From positions 145,631 to 209,630 of the forward strand of contig JBGAJA010000004.1 of NCBI GenBank assembly GCA_044225175.1: 64,000 bases of DNA, given 5' to 3'. This document shows positions 60,320 to 64,000 of the stretch, piece after piece. The DNA comes from Candidatus Omnitrophota bacterium (GTDB taxonomy: Bacteria; Omnitrophota; Gorgyraeia; Zapsychrales; Fredricksoniimonadaceae). Position numbers and translations under genes: made by a program. Position 1 is the first letter of the stretch, and the number at the start of each line of letters is the position of its first letter. A model generated the notes under the pieces. It searched no databases. It was not told where the DNA came from and saw only the letters and a program-made list of their open reading frames with translations.

Positions 60320-60697
60320 TTACTTTAAAAAAGGTCTAACTGCTTGAATTAATTCTTCAGCCTTATAAGGTTTAACAATATAACCAGCTAAAGCAGGATT
60401 AATGTCTTTAGCTAATTTTCTATTTTCTTCTGAACCTGAAGCTGTAACCATAATGATGGGAATGTTTGACAAGACAGGAATTTTCATCATCCCAGCCATT
60501 AATTCAATGCCCGTCATTTTAGGCATTTGCCAGTCTAGCAATACGAGACTGATATCTTGATAATTACTGGCAAGAATTTCAAGAGCCTGTTCACCATCTT
60601 CGGCTTGCAGTATCTCTTGATTAACCTCCGACTTAACTAAAAGACGGATCAAAAGCTTTCGATCTAGGGTTGAATCATCGACAATTAAAATTTTCAT
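60320..60697 (-). CDS. Single-domain (CheY-like) response regulator
   Basis: VDDS..LDWQMP..MVTA..KPY. Confidence 0.92.
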   Translation of the reverse strand: MKILIVDDSTLDRKLLIRLLVKSEVNQEILQAEDGEQALEILASNYQDISLVLLDWQMPKMTGIELMAGMMKIPVLSNIPIIMVTASGSEENRKLAKDINPALAGYIVKPYKAEELIQAVRPFLK

Positions 60698-60766
60698 AAT
60701 GGCCTATTCTAACGAAATTGATATATGCTAGCAATCTATTTTAATATGAAATTCTCAACAAAATCT

Positions 60767-61216
60767 TTATTGCTTTACCTTTACTATGATTCCGCTATGG
60801 AAATCCTCTTTAATTTTACTTAATAGTTCCTTAGCTGCAGTTTCATCTTTCAAATTACCTATACGAACTCTATACCATGTTCCCTTTGGGCCTAGATCAC
60901 TAATCTCTATATAAGAGTTCTCATACCCTTGTTTCTTTAAGGTTTCTAAAGCAAGATTTGCTCTTTTTTGATCTTTAAAAGAATAGACTTGAACACTAAA
61001 ACCAGCTTCTTTTCCATGCTCTGGACTAGTGACAATCGCGGGAGAAGGAACAGGATCTTTTTCTGTAGAAGCAGCTTGTGAAACAACAGGGGCCTGAGCA
61101 ACCACATTATCCATTGTTACTTTATCAGTGGGCATCTTTTTTGCAGATAATAATAAAACAACTCCTGCGACAACACCAACTCCAACAATCCACAACCTAT
61201 TATTTTTATTTACCAT
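60767..61216 (-). CDS. SPOR-domain protein
   Basis: N-terminal TM, FSVQVYSF..A..L..G..WYRVRIG. Confidence 0.88.
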   Translation of the reverse strand: MVNKNNRLWIVGVGVVAGVVLLLSAKKMPTDKVTMDNVVAQAPVVSQAASTEKDPVPSPAIVTSPEHGKEAGFSVQVYSFKDQKRANLALETLKKQGYENSYIEISDLGPKGTWYRVRIGNLKDETAAKELLSKIKEDFHSGIIVKVKQ

Positions 61217-61300
61217 AAATCCTCCAGTTAAGAACTCTTTGTTGTCACAAGCTTAAAAACATTTTAGATTTTTTCTATTTTAATTAAACTTTCTATAATC

Positions 61301-62080
61301 TCAAGCGGCTTCTTGTTTTGGGTATTGACCATTTAATACGCCTTGAATCATAGCTTTCACTTCATCAGAAAAATCTTTTTCTAAAACCCAATGCAAATAC
61401 GCTGGGTCTTTTTTAGCAATCACCTTTAAAGGTTCTTTACGGGCATATTTCCCGAAAGTCATATATAAATCACCATTCCACCAACGAAATTTACGATCAC
61501 TATCGAAATACTCGCTATGAGGCTCATAAGCAAACACCTTAAGATGTTCAATTTCAAGTTTCCCTTCACAATAACGCTTGATCTGTTCAGCAAGGATTTG
61601 TAAAGAAGCTTGAGCATCTGCCAAAGCTGTGTGAGCATCTTTGAGATCTTCATTGCAATAAAAAGTAAGAGCTGTGGTTAAATCACGTTTATGATTCAAG
61701 TGATAAATCTTCTGGGCATCATAGATAGAACGCTGGCTATAATCAAACTGAAGACCTGCATCTGCCATTTCTCTTGCCAGCAAAGGCAAATCGAAACGCT
61801 CAACGTTAAAACCGCCAATGTCTGCGTCCCCAATAAACTCAAGGACTTTTTTGGCAATACTTGCAAATGTCGGGGCATCCTTCACATCCTCTTGGGTAAT
61901 ACCTGTAATCTCAGTCACTCGAGGAGGAATGGCCATCCCTGGATTGACCTTTGTCTCGTATTCTTCCCTCTGACCATCGGGGGAGAGTTTAATAAGCGCG
62001 ATCTCAATAATACGGTCCTTTTCAATCCATGTACCGGTTGTTTCTAAATCAAAAACAACTAAAGACTTAGTTAGTTTCAT
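61301..62080 (-). CDS. DEDDh 3'-5' exonuclease (DnaQ-like)
   Basis: FDLETTG, GFN..FD, HTALAD, C-terminal MTFGKY..DPAYL.W. Confidence 0.9.
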   Translation of the reverse strand: MKLTKSLVVFDLETTGTWIEKDRIIEIALIKLSPDGQREEYETKVNPGMAIPPRVTEITGITQEDVKDAPTFASIAKKVLEFIGDADIGGFNVERFDLPLLAREMADAGLQFDYSQRSIYDAQKIYHLNHKRDLTTALTFYCNEDLKDAHTALADAQASLQILAEQIKRYCEGKLEIEHLKVFAYEPHSEYFDSDRKFRWWNGDLYMTFGKYARKEPLKVIAKKDPAYLHWVLEKDFSDEVKAMIQGVLNGQYPKQEAA

Positions 62081-63126
62081 CTTTTTACTTTCTTTTTTAA
62101 GCGGGCCTGGGCGTTTAACGTGATGGCTTGTTCTAGAACATACTGAATAAGATCTTGGTAACTCATCCCTGCATGTTTTGCAGCTTGGGCCATTTCATCA
62201 ATATTCGCAATACAAGGATTCGCATTGGGCTCAATAATATAAACTTCACCATCCTGGGTTAAACGTAAATCAAATCTTAAATAGCTTCTTGCATCTAGAG
62301 CTCGATAAGCACGGCGACATAAATCATTGATCTTTTTGATAGTAGATTTATCTAGGTCTTTAGCAGGAACGCTATCGATCCCCCATCGTTTACGATACTT
62401 ATCATCCCACTTCGCTTTATAGGTCGCAATACGAGGCTGTTCATCAGACATCTTCTTAAAGACCATTTCTCGCGGAGGAAGAATAGTTAGTTGACGATAC
62501 CCCATGACCGTTACATAAAGCTCACGGCCATTAATATATTCTTCGGCAATTGCATCCATAGACATATTCTGATGAATAAATTTCACCCGTTCTATGAAAG
62601 CTTGAGGAGTTTCAACCATGGAAGCCATGGAAATCCCTCGGGAAGCTTCCTCACACAATGGTTTGATAAAAGCCGGAAGTTGAAATTTAGAAGGAAGAAA
62701 AACCCTGCTTCCCTTTGAAAATTCATAAAATTTAGGAACTTTAATACGATGATAACTAAATATTTTTTTATGCAGAGCTTTGTTATTACATAAATACAAC
62801 ACCCCTGACGAAGCCCCTGTAAAAGGAATACCAACAATCTCCAGTAAAGAAGCTAGATTCTTCTCAAGATGGGTCTGATCATTAAAGACTTCCATCATAT
62901 TAAAGATAACATCCGGTGGATTTTCTTTGATTTCTTCAAATAGAGGCGAGATATCGTTATAAACACCTAACAGACTGACTTCATGGCCTAAATCTTTGAT
63001 GGCCTTAAAAACATCTTTCTCCGTATACATATTATCCGGATCAGCAAACTCTTCCTTGTAATCATAACCACGAGGTTTCTGATAAGGACTAAAGAAAAAC
63101 ATTAAAACTTTTAATTTCTTTCTCAT
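62077..63126 (-). CDS. D-Ala-D-Ala-ligase-like ATP-grasp protein
   Basis: VIFNMME, PFTGA, FIKP..EEASRGI, EEYINGRE, RFDLRL, IEPNANP. Confidence 0.88.
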   Translation of the reverse strand: MRKKLKVLMFFFSPYQKPRGYDYKEEFADPDNMYTEKDVFKAIKDLGHEVSLLGVYNDISPLFEEIKENPPDVIFNMMEVFNDQTHLEKNLASLLEIVGIPFTGASSGVLYLCNNKALHKKIFSYHRIKVPKFYEFSKGSRVFLPSKFQLPAFIKPLCEEASRGISMASMVETPQAFIERVKFIHQNMSMDAIAEEYINGRELYVTVMGYRQLTILPPREMVFKKMSDEQPRIATYKAKWDDKYRKRWGIDSVPAKDLDKSTIKKINDLCRRAYRALDARSYLRFDLRLTQDGEVYIIEPNANPCIANIDEMAQAAKHAGMSYQDLIQYVLEQAITLNAQARLKKKVKR

Positions 63127-64000
63127 GTTCTTTTGGGATCACCTTTGTACCAGCCGGTATGGACATAATTCAAGACCAGGCTCGTTACATATACAGATAA
63201 TTGCATCAAACTCGTTGAGGGGTCAGTGCTTACAATCATATTAAGTTGCTTGGCCCTTAAACTGATGTTCTTAAGCAAATCATTAATCATATATTTGCGC
63301 TCACCCGTACATCGGTCAACACTATTTAAAAGATTTTTGCTGTGAGTGCGAATCAAAGATTCTGCTGTTAACAAATTCTTGTTCTTTCGTCGTTCTTTAT
63401 TAAAAGCTAACCATTCTTCATAAGTTAAACTTTTAAAGATCTTATGTAACTGCACATCGTGAAAATCAGGCTGCTCTTCCTGCTCATCGACTTTTTTACG
63501 TCGATAATATTTATCCAAGGTAATAGAAACCTTTTTTTGATTCCAAAGCTTCTTTCCCCTTTTCTTTAAAGGAGTCTTGCCTTTAATTTCGTTCATTAAA
63601 GTATCTACGAAATTTAACTTCTCAAGTGCTTTCCAACCCTGATACTTCTCTTTCCAGTTTGAATCTGGCGTCAACCAGACAGCAAATGTCTCTACAAAAT
63701 CCTCGTCCGGATGATATTGAGCATAAAATCCATCTAGATGACGGACAAAACTTTTACTGTAAGGTTTAAATTTATATGTATCTCCATATGTTTCTGCAGA
63801 AGACCCAAAAACTATTTTCCAATCTTTGCGTTCATGCAAACCATACGCATAAGAATAGGCATGACCAGCCTCATGGCGAAGCAATTGCATACACCAAGCT
63901 TTGCCTTCACCTTCTGCTTCCAGCATCATTTTATGTTCTAATTTTATTAAGGCAGGATGGGCTAAATAAAAAGGAATGCCTATGACTGTTTCTCCCTCGG
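63123..64000 (-). CDS. Putative zinc-binding metallopeptidase, 5' end outside the window
   Basis: LRHEAGH and YAQYHPDEDFVETFAVW. The frame stays open upstream of the track ATG (EGETVIGIPFYLAHPAL) to the window end. Confidence 0.85.
   Translation of the reverse strand, partial: EGETVIGIPFYLAHPALIKLEHKMMLEAEGEGKAWCMQLLRHEAGHAYSYAYGLHERKDWKIVFGSSAETYGDTYKFKPYSKSFVRHLDGFYAQYHPDEDFVETFAVWLTPDSNWKEKYQGWKALEKLNFVDTLMNEIKGKTPLKKRGKKLWNQKKVSITLDKYYRRKKVDEQEEQPDFHDVQLHKIFKSLTYEEWLAFNKERRKNKNLLTAESLIRTHSKNLLNSVDRCTGERKYMINDLLKNISLRAKQLNMIVSTDPSTSLMQLSVYVTSLVLNYVHTGWYKGDPKRT

Noticed and set aside
1086-62837. Numerous 60-130 aa ORFs antisense to or nested in confident genes
   Set aside because: No recognisable motifs, and fully overlapped by well-supported CDSs.
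62077-63126. Calling the ATP-grasp gene ddl
   Set aside because: It lacks the GGxSxE N-terminal motif and the cell-wall gene context, and is paired with a peptidase.

Overview
A 64-kb, AT-rich bacterial chromosomal window with nearly all genes on the minus strand. The gene style suggests Candidatus Omnitrophota or a related PVC lineage (inference only, from the porin type, the SFTxIE prepilins and the TCCGCC-N3-GGCGGA repeats). In order it holds: a truncated beta-barrel porin gene; a porin-pstSCAB-phoU operon with Pho-box-like repeats; a pilin-like protein with Stig1-type Cys repeats next to an exported FKBP; a Zn/Mn ABC importer led by a Cys/His-bearing ribbon-helix-helix regulator; TamB-like, MarC, NRAMP-related and M48 genes; a hybrid kinase and a Kef antiporter; a RedB/RedC-like signalling cluster with two near-identical transmitter domains; adh, umuDC, hpf and an AT-rich ORFan patch; an ArsR-SRPBCC pair; a c-di-AMP riboswitch with a KimA-like transporter; unannotated small genes (CsbD, PLDc_N); MFS and GST; a copper cluster; pckA; a REC/CheX-like/REC trio; SPOR and DnaQ-like genes; and an ATP-grasp/Zn-peptidase pair cut by the window end. 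The most unusual locus is 50350-57635. Two tandem type IV pilin-like proteins carry very long (STGS)n stalks and different Cys-rich tips, and are divergently transcribed from two PilT paralogues with reciprocally degenerate His boxes. This is a candidate retractile tether or adhesion system. No rRNA, tRNA, CRISPR array, integrase or transposase gene was seen.
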